DNA of 60,869 bases, counting the filler, from Hausera hauseri (taxonomy: Eukaryota): assembly GCA_046269625.1 (NCBI GenBank). It is 12 parts of 12 records of this genome, joined end to end, with 100 filler letters (N's around TTAATTAATTAA, not from the genome) between each part and the next. Parts side by side here need not be neighbours in the genome. Positions count along the whole stretch, not along the records: positions 49,017 to 53,740 come from JBJURY010460911.1; positions 53,841 to 60,869 come from JBJURY010042777.1; 10 more parts are not named here. One strand, given 5' to 3'. Positions 49,831 through 60,869 of the stretch are shown here, in pieces. The notes beneath the pieces are model-generated. The model searched no databases. It saw nothing but the letters and a program-made list of their open reading frames with translations, and was not told the DNA's origin. How positions within the stretch are numbered: position 1 is the stretch's first letter; each line of letters starts with the position of its first letter. Made by a program: the position numbers and the translations under genes.

Positions 49831-50689
49831 ATGATCAACCGTTCAATGAAAGAAAAATTTCACGATGTCACAGTAAGGCGACTAGTGTGTTACCATGTAT
49901 TCTGTAAGTAAGTTTAGTGTCAACCTGAACTACTAGGTAAGTAGGGTTGCTTTCTTTTGCCAAGATTTTGCCATCTTATGTTAGTGGTAAATCTTCCCAG
50001 GCTATTTGACTGCCTTTTGTTGAATCCAAGGTCTGGTGCAATGGTTGGTGTTCACTGTTGGCCACCCTTTGCCACTCGGTGACACACCTCGGTGACAACA
50101 CCTAAAAAAACCTCATGGCTATTAACCGAGGTCATATTCTTTCATCCGTTCATCATCATCACGCTATTCCTGGTATTCCAATTCCTCTCTTTTCATTGAT
50201 TGTCTTCCGAGTGATTTTCGCAAACCGTCCAGACATTTCATTCTCTGTTGGCCACTACTTATATTTCATGGTTTTTTCTGTAGTGACCACGTTCTCCAGA
50301 TCTCGTGTTAAAAAATGCCAGTCATAAATGGTTACTTCGTGGTAATTTGCAAGATGTATGTCGATGTTGTTGCAGGAAACTTCTGGAACTGAGAGTGTTA
50401 AGTCCTGTCACGTGAAGCGACTTATTTTTCTGATCTCTGCCCGTGAGTCATCATGTCAAATCGAAGTGGGATATAATGGTTTCAATACCAGCACTTATAA
50501 ACGACAAGTTCCAACTCGGCTGACGATGCTAGTTATAGGCAAGGGACTTTTGAAAAGAATGCAGGTCCCATTTTTCACTGTTCATTAGTATTTCTTCACT
50601 AAGGGTCGCTCCTTTACCCGTTTAAACGGGATTAATAAGGAATCTGACTCACACCTTTAGGCGTATAAGGGAATGAAGATTGAATGTCC

Positions 50690-50880
50690 ACATTTTGTAT
50701 TGACCAACTGCACATAATAGCGTATATGGTCAGCGTGAAACAGACTAAATCTGTCTTCACAGACACTTTCTCAGGTAACCATTTTTAGACTGGGTGGACC
50801 CCTAGAGCCGTTTTGGTCGACAAAATTAAACCCATCAGTTAGGATCGAAAGCGAGTAAACTAACCACTACGTTATCGTGG
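50690..50880 (-). mobile_element. tRNA-derived SINE
   Basis: On the minus strand: A-like TAACGTAGTGG, B-like TTCGATCC, then central box GGGTCCACCCAG..AAATGGTTACCTG. Confidence 0.5.
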
Positions 50881-50918
50881 TTCCCTAATATGGAATTAGG
50901 TTCCCTGAATATAGAAAC

Positions 50919-51105
50919 TCATCATCATCATCAGGTGCCGTGCTGCGAAGCACAGGCTGTCATGGATCTCCACCTCTTGCGATTACTGGTGTCTCCAATC
51001 ATCTCTGCTGTTGACCTACTTCCGAGCCATTCTTTCAAACCATCCAGACACTTTGTTCTTTGCTGACCACAGCTTCTACTTCCTGGTATTTTGCCTGCGG
51101 TGAAT
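50919..51105 (-). mobile_element. RTE-clade non-LTR 3' end with (TGA)n tail
   Basis: GKIPGSRSCGQQRTKCLDGLKEW..NRKRWRSM..HGT* followed by TGATGATGATGA. Confidence 0.8.
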
Positions 51106-51445
51106 GTAGAAACTAACACCAACATATTCCCCTTTCCCCGGCACAATTCTATCTCCCAGTGACATTTCGTTGCCGACAGCTGAGGCACAGAAAGTATTAA
51201 CACGTGGACGATTAGCACACACTGAATATCTACTCTGTATTTAATTATTTTTTGTTAGTCTCGCGCCCCTATAAATGTTCCGTCAGGGGAGACAACCATT
51301 ACAGAGCTGCCTTATATAAAACAGCACTACAGTACGCCACTGCTGAGTCCCACCATCACGGAGATTGTTTGGAGATTTAAAAACATTTTTATGTAAACCA
51401 TAATCAATCCTATAAGAGCATGTTATTTTTAAGCTGGGAAGACAT

Positions 51446-52080
51446 TAGTGCTGGGCATAAAGGGAATCCATATCCAGAAAATCCGAATCTACTCACACAA
51501 CCGAGTAACTCGGTTCTTAGAGGAACGTTTAGAGACCGAGTCAGTAACTCAGTTTTACTCGGCTTGGATTCAGTTGTAAAAGTGAGTGAGAGAACTGATT
51601 TCAGAAACCGAGTAGAAACATCCGAGTCCCTGGTCGGCTCCCTTGATCTTCCGTCAGCCAGCGTCGGTTCTTGTTAAGAGGGGAAACAATCGGTTATAAT
51701 TAAAAGCCGTGTGTTAAAATTCTCGAAAGCTTTAGCAGCATTGAAGCCATACGAACAAATGACTAAGGAAATTACACAACTTTATCTAAAGTTCGGCCAA
51801 TTATTCATTCACTGGTCGATTATTTTTCAAATTCTTCATAGCTTGGCACAAATCTATTGGCAGCAGAGCTACTAGCCCAGCTGAAACGTCGCTTCCCATC
51901 CCTTGAGGAACGATTTCCTCTTGCAGCAAGCACATACCTAGATCCTAGGTTCAAGAAGTTTGCTTTTTCTAAACCCTGATGCTGTTAGGCACACAGAAGA
52001 CAGGATTATTAAGATAAAGCAGAAGATGGACGAAAGCCACTATTCAGACCAGCCAACAGTTGAAGAGGTTCACATACCTA
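51446..52080 (+). mobile_element. hAT (Ac/ZBED-like) transposon remnant
   Basis: TAGTGCTGGGC terminus-like start, subterminal CCGAGT repeats, LKPYEQMTKE and ASTYLDPRFKKFAF. Confidence 0.7.
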
Positions 52081-53561
52081 GTCTACCGTCATGGGACAGA
52101 TCGGCCACAGGTCGCTAGCGAACTCTAGTTGGAGTTAGATCTAATTGGTGACTGGTGCGGGGAATCTGGGGCTCTTGTCAGCCCGACAAAAGCGTCGGTG
52201 ACTTGGTTCTCACTTAACAATTGTATGGTTAATATAATCACTCCATGTGTCAGTGTGTGTGGAATGGCTGCGGCAAGAACTAACTCCATGAAATATCTTG
52301 GCGTGCGGTTTACCCGTAGCTTGGTCTTCGAAGAGCATATAGACCACACCATAATGAAAGCTAGGAAAGGTCTAACAGCATTGAGAGTGATGGCCCCGGA
52401 GCATATCGAACAGCGCCTTCTGTTTCTTCTTTACCAGGGCATTGTCATTTCCGTAATAGAATATGGCCGACCATTTCTAACCCTGAGCCACACTCAGAGA
52501 GACTGGCAGGATTCAAAATGAGTCTATGCGCATCAGGGCCGTGTGTTTCTTGTTGGACCTTCCAACCATAGACTTTCGGACATAGCTGTGTCCGGCACAG
52601 GCATACCTCCGCATTAGGCCAATGCAAACCACCCACTGCATTGTGAAATACAGAAAAACAAAGGCAGCAGACTAAAAAGGGGAAAGACATGAATGGGTCG
52701 GGCAGCAGATGTGCTTCAACATGTGTGTGACCTTGAAGATATTGAACCTGGCGAAGAGTGGGTATCAGTTCCTTCAAACCTGAATACCTCGTTTCGAGTC
52801 ATCATCAAACTCAACAGAAAAATGAAATAGACCAGTCTGTTGGTTGTCGACTCAGAGGTTGAGGCGTTGGTTGCTGAGAACTCGTCTGAAGGTGACATTG
52901 TCATCTACACTGATGGCTCAGTTATTCGTCACGTACACGGTTCATGAGTCTTCACGGCTCGTCAGGCGGGAATCATCGTTAAGGAGGACAGTGGACCTTT
53001 TGGTGTTACTACAAGTAGTATGACAATAGAGATAATGGCAGTCACAAAGGCGTTCTGTTGGCTGGAGACGCAGAGTGTAAATGATGTGTGTATTTTTAGC
53101 GACTCGATGAGCATGCTTCGAAAATTTGAAACAGCCCGCGTTCGTAGGCAATGGTTGGAGCCTGTTAGAGAGACAGTGCTGGAAAGAGTCACCTTCATTT
53201 ATGTTTCCGGCCATGCTGGAGTAAAAGGGAATGAACGAGCAGAAAAACTGGCGAGTACTGCTACTGTTATGCGTAGCAGAGCCATGGACCGAGCTGACAT
53301 CTTGAATGCCATTCGCAAGATCGCCCGGAAGGAGGAGTTTACAGAGATTCACAATCTGTGTCCCTTTCTAGAATGCACGAACTTGGGGTGATGCGAGGCG
53401 CGGCCAAATATGAGCGTCACGCTTTAGGTACCCGATGTTTGGTCAATCAACACCGAAGTGGAACTGTTAGTCGTCGTTTGCTTCAGGGGCTACTAAGGAG
53501 GAAGTCGGAGCACTTATTGAATTGTTCCGCATGCAATGGTGACGATCTGTCGACTGACTGA
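52080..53561 (+). mobile_element. I-group (Ingi-like) non-LTR retrotransposon, 3' part: RT C-terminus + RNase H
   Basis: MKYLGVRF, LYQGIVISVIEYG, VIYTDGS, TTSSMTIEIMAV, IFSDSMS, YVSGHAGVKGNERAEKLA. Confidence 0.88.
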
Positions 53562-53569
53562 CCAACTAG

Positions 53570-53619
<50 letters not shown>

Positions 53620-53740
53620 GACTGACTGACTGACTAACTAACTAACTAACTGACTGACTGACTAACTAACTAACTAACTGACTGACTGACTAACTCACTG
53701 ACTACCTAACTGGCTGACTGACTGGCTAACTAACTAACTG
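53552..53740. repeat. (ACTA)n/(ACTG)n tetranucleotide microsatellite forming the non-LTR tail
   Basis: Begins at the element's stop codon and runs to the contig end. Confidence 0.95.
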
Positions 53741-53840
53741 NNNNNNNNNNNNNNNNNNNNNNNNNNNNNNNNNNNNNNNNNNNNTTAATTAATTAANNNN
53801 NNNNNNNNNNNNNNNNNNNNNNNNNNNNNNNNNNNNNNNN

Positions 53841-56800
53841 ATCTTCTGGATTTGCGTAACACGGAGTCATTCCTAAGTCCGTAGGTAATATTGCTTCGCG
53901 TCCATACATCATAAAAATGACGTAAGTCCTGTGGCGGAATGTGGAATTGTATTGATAGTAAATTGTGTTCTTTCTAAAAATTCGTCCCAATCCTTCTGAT
54001 CCTTCGCGACTCCGGTACATAAGACCCATAGAACTGTTGCGTTCATACGTTTGACCATTCCGTTACACTAACGGTGATATGCGGTAGTAGTTAATCGTTC
54101 CATTTCGAAAATCTTAGTAATTTTATCAAATAACTCGCTCGTAAAGTTCCTTCCTCTATCGATTAAGAGTTGATCGGGAGGGTCCGTATCTGCAAATAAC
54201 TTTCCTTATTACCGCATCTGCTAAAGTTTCGGCCTTTTGATCGATTAGTGCTATTAATTCGACGAAATGCGTTAGGCGATCCACGCATGTCAAAATATAT
54301 TTGTTGTTTTTATGAGTTGTAGGTAAGGGCCGTACTATATCCATAGACATAGCTTACATAGGTTTATCTGGTACATTGATCGGTTTTAATTCTGTTTTAT
54401 GGTTTTTCACCTTCTTTTGGTGCACAGACTTCGCAAGCGTTCACCCAGTTTTTCGCGTCGATATAGACGCTTGGCCAGTAATACTTATTCAATTTTCTTT
54501 CTAATGTTTTCTTCCTAGACATATGCCCAGCTAAATGTGAATCGTGTTCGGCCATCAACACTTCTGTTGATAAACCCTTTGGAATATCTACCAGTTTACG
54601 TCCCTTTCGTTCGTAATATAAAATATTGCCTGGGTTCTATGCATAGTATTTTTGCCCGTGTCTTTGTAAGTGTTTCTTTAGCTGGTGTCCTTTCGGTATT
54701 TCATCTCGCTCGGAAAATCTGATTATTTGCTGAGTAACTTTATCCTTGGCTTCTTCTGAAGAAATCTTGATTGTTTTATTCAGTGTTAAGGTCCATTGTC
54801 GTTCCATTAATTCTTCGAGTTGGGCTTTCTTCATAGTCGTAATAGTACTTGTCTTTGTCTTAAGTATTGATAACGCATCTGCGTCAATATTTTTACTTCC
54901 GGGTTTATATTGAAATTCGATATTGTATCGGGAGATTTCTTCGATCCACCTATTTAGTCTACATGTTGGGTTACTGGCTCGTCCATTTAACGTCGTAACA
55001 GCCTTGTGATCGGTAACTATAATAATTTTCTGCCCGTAGACATAGACATTAAAATGCCTTAAAGTTTCTTACACAACTAATGTCTCTAGTTCCGTAACTG
55101 AATAGTTTTTCTCGGCTTTCTTGAACGATTGTCTTCCATATGCGATTGAATGTTCCAATTCTTCGTCTTCTCGTTTCTGAACCAATTCGTAGCCAATCCC
55201 TTCTATACTTGCGTCTGCTTTAATTATAACTGGTAAATTAAAATCAGGATATCTTAGCATTGGTTCACATGTTAAAATTTTCTTCATTTCAGCGAACGTC
55301 TTTTGTTCAATATCGGTCCATTTCCATTTGATTCCCTTTTTTAATAAACGATATAATGGTGCATTAATTTTCGAATTGTCTGGCACATAAGTGGCGTATT
55401 ATCCACATAAGCCTAAGCAATGTATTAGTTCCTTCTGATTTTGATGGCCCATACAATCGAATATGTTGCTCAGTAAGGATTTATCTGGTTTCGATCCTCC
55501 TTCTCCCACTATATGTACGAGATAAGATACAGCATTCTGTGTCCATTTACATTTCTTGGGGTTTAGTTTCAATCCTGCCTGTTCTAACCGCATAAGAGTC
55601 TTTTAGGTGTTCTTCTATTTTCAATGCTATTATTATATCGTCTAAATAGGCGAACGTGTGATCGAGTCCCATTAACATTTTATTCATCATTCTGTTGAAG
55701 ATAGCTGGGTCGGTTGTGATACCGAACGGCATGACGTTAAATTCGTAAACTCCGTTATGTGTCTTAAACACTGTTTTGTAACGATAGTCTTCTTCACTTT
55801 CTACTTGCCAGTATCCGGATTGTAAGTCCAGTGTGGTATACCATTTTGCTCCTAATAATATATCTAATGCTTCTTTTACTGACGGTAATGGGAATGAATC
55901 CTTTATCATAAGAGTGTTCAGAGCTCTATAATCTATACAGAATCGATGTTTAGTAATGCCTTTCTTTTTAACCATAAGTATTGGTGAGTACCAAGATCAG
56001 TAACTTGGTCATATTATGTCGGCCTTTAACATGCGTTCTACATCTTTAGTTATTTCTGGCCTCAATGAATGAGGCGGAGGGTACCACTAAGGCATCTTTT
56101 GCTTTTCCAAATCAGTTTCATCGTTGGAGCCAGGTTTCATTTTTAATGGGATTGTTAACCTTAGAGCCTTTGCTCTACCTATATCTTCTTCATTTTGGGC
56201 GATGATCGACTTGTATTTGCATAGTAGTTCATAAAACTGACAATAGACTTCTGGTGAAAATTTAGTTTCAATATGAGGTGCAAATTTGGCACATGTATGG
56301 TTTTTCTTCGATTGTTATTGCCGATACCTTATAAGAATGGTCCAATGTAGTATTGTCATATAACCTTACTGGGGTTGGCGCGTTATTCACTAATCTGATT
56401 AGTATTAGACCTGTTACCACTCTTGTAAAAATGTTACTAAGTATGATATTTGGATTAACTTCTTCTTGTGGCTCAAAGTATATTGGTTGGTCGTCCTCCT
56501 CCCGGATTTGAGAATAAATTAACATTTAGGTTCTGGGCGGAATATTTTCATCGACGGGAATCCATACTTCTCCTAGTTTCCTTTCTTTCATTGTTTTAAT
56601 CCCTTTTACTGGTCCGAGTTCAAGTAGTTTTCCAGTATGCAAATTTAATGCAATATTTGGCAACTGTTTCAATATATCGCAATCTAATACTACATCATCG
56701 GTTGACTGATCCATTATGGCAGATTCATGTTAAAGGATTTGACCCATTAGATGAACTAGTGGATTCCACTTAAATTTGGGCTTAGATTCTTGCCCGAAGG

Positions 56801-57182
56801 CTTCTATGCTACTCGGATCTGATGACGATGCTGGCTGTAATTGTTTTTGTAGAGTCGGTGGTATTGATTCTAACTTAATAAATGATTTTTTCGATACTGT
56901 GTCGATTAAAGCATAAACTTTCCAATCATGAATGGCAACTTTTGTAAAGGGTGTTCCTTCCATAACTGTTCCATAACAACTTGATACGTCCTTCAGTCGT
57001 TTACTTGACAAAATATTATGTCCGTTTATTGTTATCTCTGGTGGTGAAATGATATTTTTGGTCAAATGTTTCAATTGCTCGTTTGGATATAAATTGTTGC
57101 CTACTATGCTATTCTCATTGTTTTTAATTACTGATTCTTTTGTTATCGGATTTTGTAGCAATTTCACTCCTGGTATTTCCAA
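53841..57182 (-). mobile_element. pol: Ty3/Gypsy pol (PR-RT-RH-INT), decayed
   Basis: PR VYALIDTVS. RT RFCIDYRALN, LDLQSGYWQV, YLDDII. RNase H KADASIEGIG, NYSVTELE. INT HDSHLAGH..YYWP..CEVC, MDIVRPLP, TTAYH..NGMV. Confidence 0.95.
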
Positions 57183-57274
57183 ACTGTCGATCTTGACTCT
57201 ATATTACAAGCGATTCTTGGTGAATACAATATTCTATGGTCATCTTCCGTTCGTTTTTGATTAGTGATCTGCAT

Positions 57275-59450
57275 TTACTTTAATACTCCGTATTGTTTTG
57301 TTCCTTCATAAGAGTCCTCATAGCTAAAGGCTTTTCTATGGTTTTCCGATTTGTATGATATTATCCATGGCCTGTCGCAGTCTTCATATATTGGACCTGT
57401 CGGTGGGATAATGGGCAATGGCGACTTGATTACTGAATACAGTTTGTGTCTATTTTGTCTGAGGATCACTTCTCCTCCATTAGGCTCATCATCATCAAAG
57501 TTATTTCTTCGTGTTGTTGATTTCCTCTTTGCATTTTGATAGAAATGTGGATCTTGTTTGTCGCTTATAACTATGGTAGCCAACATGGCGTTCAACGTCA
57601 TTTTTCCATCGATTTTCTTCATAGGCTTTGAGCATTTTTCCGAAAGGTGTAATAATTGCTGTTAAAATCTTTCAACAAAATCCTGTTAGCGTGAATATTT
57701 CATCCGTTTATAATCACTTGGATTACTGCCTTCACTAATTGTATCAAGAAATAAATTGCCAAAAATCCGGATGCGGCTTGTCCAAAAATTAAAAATCTTC
57801 CCCAAATTTGTAGAGTATTTCCGTGGTTACTCGTTGATAATGGTTTACATCGAGCAAGGATTCGCACTTAGCCTGATAACGGGTATCGTCCACTACTGAA
57901 GCCATGGCTTGGTTTAATTTGTGTGTTCACTGCTGCGGAAAAGCGAGAAATTGCATACAGGCTTCGATCTCTTTTGGTCTGTGTATGCCCTTTTGAGATG
58001 TATCTTGGAACTTGTCGTCAGTAATCACTTTTGCTAAATTGGTTACGGTTAGCTTTTTAGGAACGGCAGTGACACCTCCATTCGGCAAACTAACCCAATC
58101 CGTTTCGCTACGTCTAAACATTGTTTTGCCTAAACTTGCTTTGCAATCCTTTAGGATTATAGGCTGTGTTACATTATCCAGCAACATCTTAGTGAGGGGC
58201 ATGGCTAATCGTGGAGTATTTCGATAGATTACAGGAAGTTCTTGTATACATCGTTTTTCGTCAACATTAATTGGTACATCTCTTTTTTCACACCCATATG
58301 TCAATAGAACTTCACCAGAGACTCGATCAAAGATTCCTTCTCTCATGGGAATAATTGGTGAGGCTAACTCAGGGTTTGCGTAAATAAGAGCTAATTTTGT
58401 CTTCATAATTTTCATGTCCAATTTGTAATCGTTTGTTATCATTTAGTGGTATAGTTCGGCTATCCCGACTTGTGATTTGTAATAGAAATAATCATCTCGG
58501 TTTTTCAGATAGTCTTCAATCCGAATGTCCTGCGTTTCTAGATTGTAGGCTTTCACATTTATCTCTGTTTCTGCAACGAAAAACGCTTCATAATTAGTGG
58601 TGAACATCACTACCTAACAACGTGAAATCATTTCTTTTTTAATAAATTTCAGTCCATGTTGGTCAGAGATTAGTATCGTAGGTGTATGATGTTCTAATAC
58701 GTCTTCACGTATCCTTGAACTGACGTCATATTTATTTATGTATCGTTTCCCCGTAGTTTCATTAAATTTCAGTTACTTAATTTTAATAAAATTACAGCCT
58801 CTTCCAGAGGGTGGTCCCCATATTACAACGGAACTTTTGAATGCACAGGTTCCATCCTGTATATGACATTTTCGATTCTCGGTATATAGCTTAGTGACGC
58901 TATAGAACATCACTTTCTGTACTCGCATTTCCGATTCGTAAAAGTCTACGACTACTACGTTTGCTTCTAATCCTTTTCCGGTGTCGTATTTTGCTTCACT
59001 ACATTGCCCATTACGCATGTCTAGCCTTCCGACTACTACCTTACATGCAGTAATTATCTTTTCGGGATGCATCTCTAATTCCAGATTATCCCATTTTAAT
59101 CTTCCGGTTTCTCGGGCCTGCTTACAGTGTTGTCTTTCCAAGTTCATTGGAATTGGAGGGGTCGTTGGTTTGATTATGGAAGAATATTCGTGCATTAGTC
59201 CACAGTGGAAAATGCTACGAGATCATCTCAGCATATACTTCGTGCCTTCCAAAGATATCAATTCTTGTTGTTAATATAGGAAATAACTCTTCTCCTTCGT
59301 TTCCAATTTGTGCGGTCGGGCATCTTCACATGCCACTAAGTCCATTAGTGAATATTTTTGTCCAAGCTTAAATTTATCTCATTCGTATACAGTAACCGCA
59401 CCTATCTGTTCTATTAGCACCATTATAGTGAGTAAGCTCATTAACCAATT
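57275..59450 (-). pseudogene. Full-length chuvirus-like envelope glycoprotein (signal peptide, Cys-rich ectodomain, TM, Pro-rich tail) upstream of pol
   Basis: Signal WLMSLLTIMVLIEQIGA|VTVYE*D..YSLMDLVAC, then FFHCGLMHEYSSI, HCKQARETG, NGQCSEAKYDTG..NVVV, KCHIQDGTC..VIWG..CNF, LALIYANPE, RVSGEVLLTYGC, CIQELPV, KGI..LAFPQQ, WGRFLIFGQAASGFLAIYFLI. Confidence 0.8.
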
Positions 59451-60869
59451 GGATTCATTCTTTCGGTTGTTATTATCCGTTGTCGAAAAGTTCCATAAGA
59501 TATCTTCGAGTCTATTGTTGCTACTGGTCCTTTTGTCTTCTTCCTTATCAAATAATCTTGGCCAATTTACTTCACAAGGAAGCTTCCTAGCCGCTTTCCG
59601 CACCAGGCTTGTAGCTCAATTGAATTCACTATCTCGATTTGGATTTGTTTTAATTGCTAAGTACAGTAATACTTTCCTTAGCTCTTCCGTCGTATTCTCC
59701 ATCATGATTTTCTCAACTATTGCGTCGTCAGTTAGGTTACTTTTTGATAGCTTAAAACGTGAACTTCTTATTGTCCTAGCTGCGTTAAATATCGCCTTCT
59801 CGTTATCATCTAATGTGTCTCCTCGAAGGCTCAAATAATTCACGATTCGTATTAAATTTTTCATTAATTCATTTAATTCTTCATTATCCGTACTGAAGTT
59901 GGGAATTGACATTTGTCTCAATTCTCTAATCAGCTCCCCGTTGTAGTCGATGTCTTCTCGGATTTTCCTGAGCCTACCTACCGGCCGTCTTTGTTTCGGG
60001 GCAGTTGACAATGTCATGCTCAATGGTACTAAATTTTTTTCGCATTGTTCCTTGTCTTTGTCTGTTTGCAAATACTCGAAATACATTGCGGCGTCTCGAA
60101 CTCCCATGATTTGTCCTACACATTGTTCTGTATTTGCTTTACGTGTGGCTTCTTCTTTAGTCTGTTCGTTGGTTATCGTTACCACTATTCTGTTTGTTTC
60201 GTCGGGTATAATTCCGGCGTCTATTAACTGTGCTAAATCATCTAGCATTCTATCTCTGAAACAGAATCTATAATTTGACTCGTTCGTTCCACCATTATTC
60301 CTTAACCATTCTTTCACGTCCCTTGCGTAGGAATATGTGGTCAACTCACATTTTTTTTCGTCCATCCATTCAGATGATATTTTTATTTTCATTGTTGTTT
60401 CAGGTTTAGCCCTTAAGATTTTAGCATACTTCTTTATCAAAAGTAAATTGTGTTCTCACTAGCTAATTTAATCAAGGTCGGAATAAGCTGTCTTAGTTTA
60501 TTTTTAGTAATGTTTACGTTAATTAGCTCAATTAAATCCTTTTCGGTTAGCGCTGAATCCAGGAGCATCTCCACATTAAACTTCTTGTTCTGCGGGTACG
60601 CTTCTATTTCATTTAGGTGTACTGGAGTTATAGGATTTTCGGCCGTTATCGCCTGTAAATATGCATCCCATTCCGATTCGTTCCCAATATCTGGAAGTCT
60701 ATAGTCTACTAAGGTTGCGTTTGTTCTTTGCACATTTTCTCGAATTTCTTTCAATCTTGGTTGTATTTCTTTCATCTGCGTAGTTCGGAAACCTATTCCG
60801 TTTCCACAGGCATACTGAATCATTTTCAGTAATTCGCCTAATTCATTAGAATTGATAAATCCCTTTTGG
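59451..60869 (-). pseudogene. Unknown N-terminal region (gag position) of the G-carrying Gypsy element, more than 450 codons
   Basis: ORFs 60437-60823 and 59616-60440 overlap by 4 nt (likely one frameshift). 59616-60440 continues in frame past a single TGA into 59379-59603. No CCHC seen. Confidence 0.6.

Noticed and set aside
14107-54029. ORFs containing X runs or ending in LIN
   Set aside because: They are products of the N spacers.
57275-59450. Stand-alone chuvirus EVE inserted by chance beside a retrotransposon
   Set aside because: The same position and strand relative to the protease recur in three contigs from two families, and no chuviral L or N fragments were recognised.
59308-60704. 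Plus-strand ORFs opposite the Gypsy genes (also 19566-20123 and the 37503-38236 cluster)
   Set aside because: Antisense or GC-driven shadow ORFs with no recognisable motifs.
1-60869. Alternative genetic code or stop recoding to explain the many in-frame stops
   Set aside because: TAA, TAG and TGA all interrupt genes and frameshifts are common, while the Nav exon and the 412-aa exon are clean; ordinary pseudogene decay explains it.

Overview
This is not one continuous locus. It is 12 short eukaryotic contigs (about 4-7 kb each) joined by 11 identical artificial 100-bp spacers (44 N + TTAATTAATTAA + 44 N, stops in all six frames), so adjacency across spacers means nothing. Nearly all content is decayed mobile DNA. 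It includes Ty3/Gypsy LTR retrotransposons, Polinton/Maverick-type endogenous DNA viruses (pPolB, major and minor capsid), piggyBac, Tc1/mariner, hAT-type transposons, non-LTR elements and SINEs. There are also a few host-gene pieces: a vertebrate-like Nav exon, a prospero N-terminus, Src-family kinase and dynein pseudogene fragments, and one intact 412-codon exon. The standout signal is in three separate contigs (1-4267, 14373-18659, 53841-60869), which belong to at least two diverged families. In each, a Gypsy pol (PR-RT-RH-INT) is directly preceded by a chuvirus-like (class III fusion) glycoprotein, so env lies BEFORE pol. Reading-frame evidence suggests that an N-terminal unknown region, the glycoprotein and pol may once have formed one polyprotein. 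Secondary signals are tandem penton paralogues in a Polinton capsid module, an uncharacterised Cys/His repeat ahead of three pPolB genes, and a GC-rich Y-shaped hairpin joining two host-gene fragments. All family calls come from motif recognition by eye; no searches were run, and the boundaries of decayed elements are approximate.
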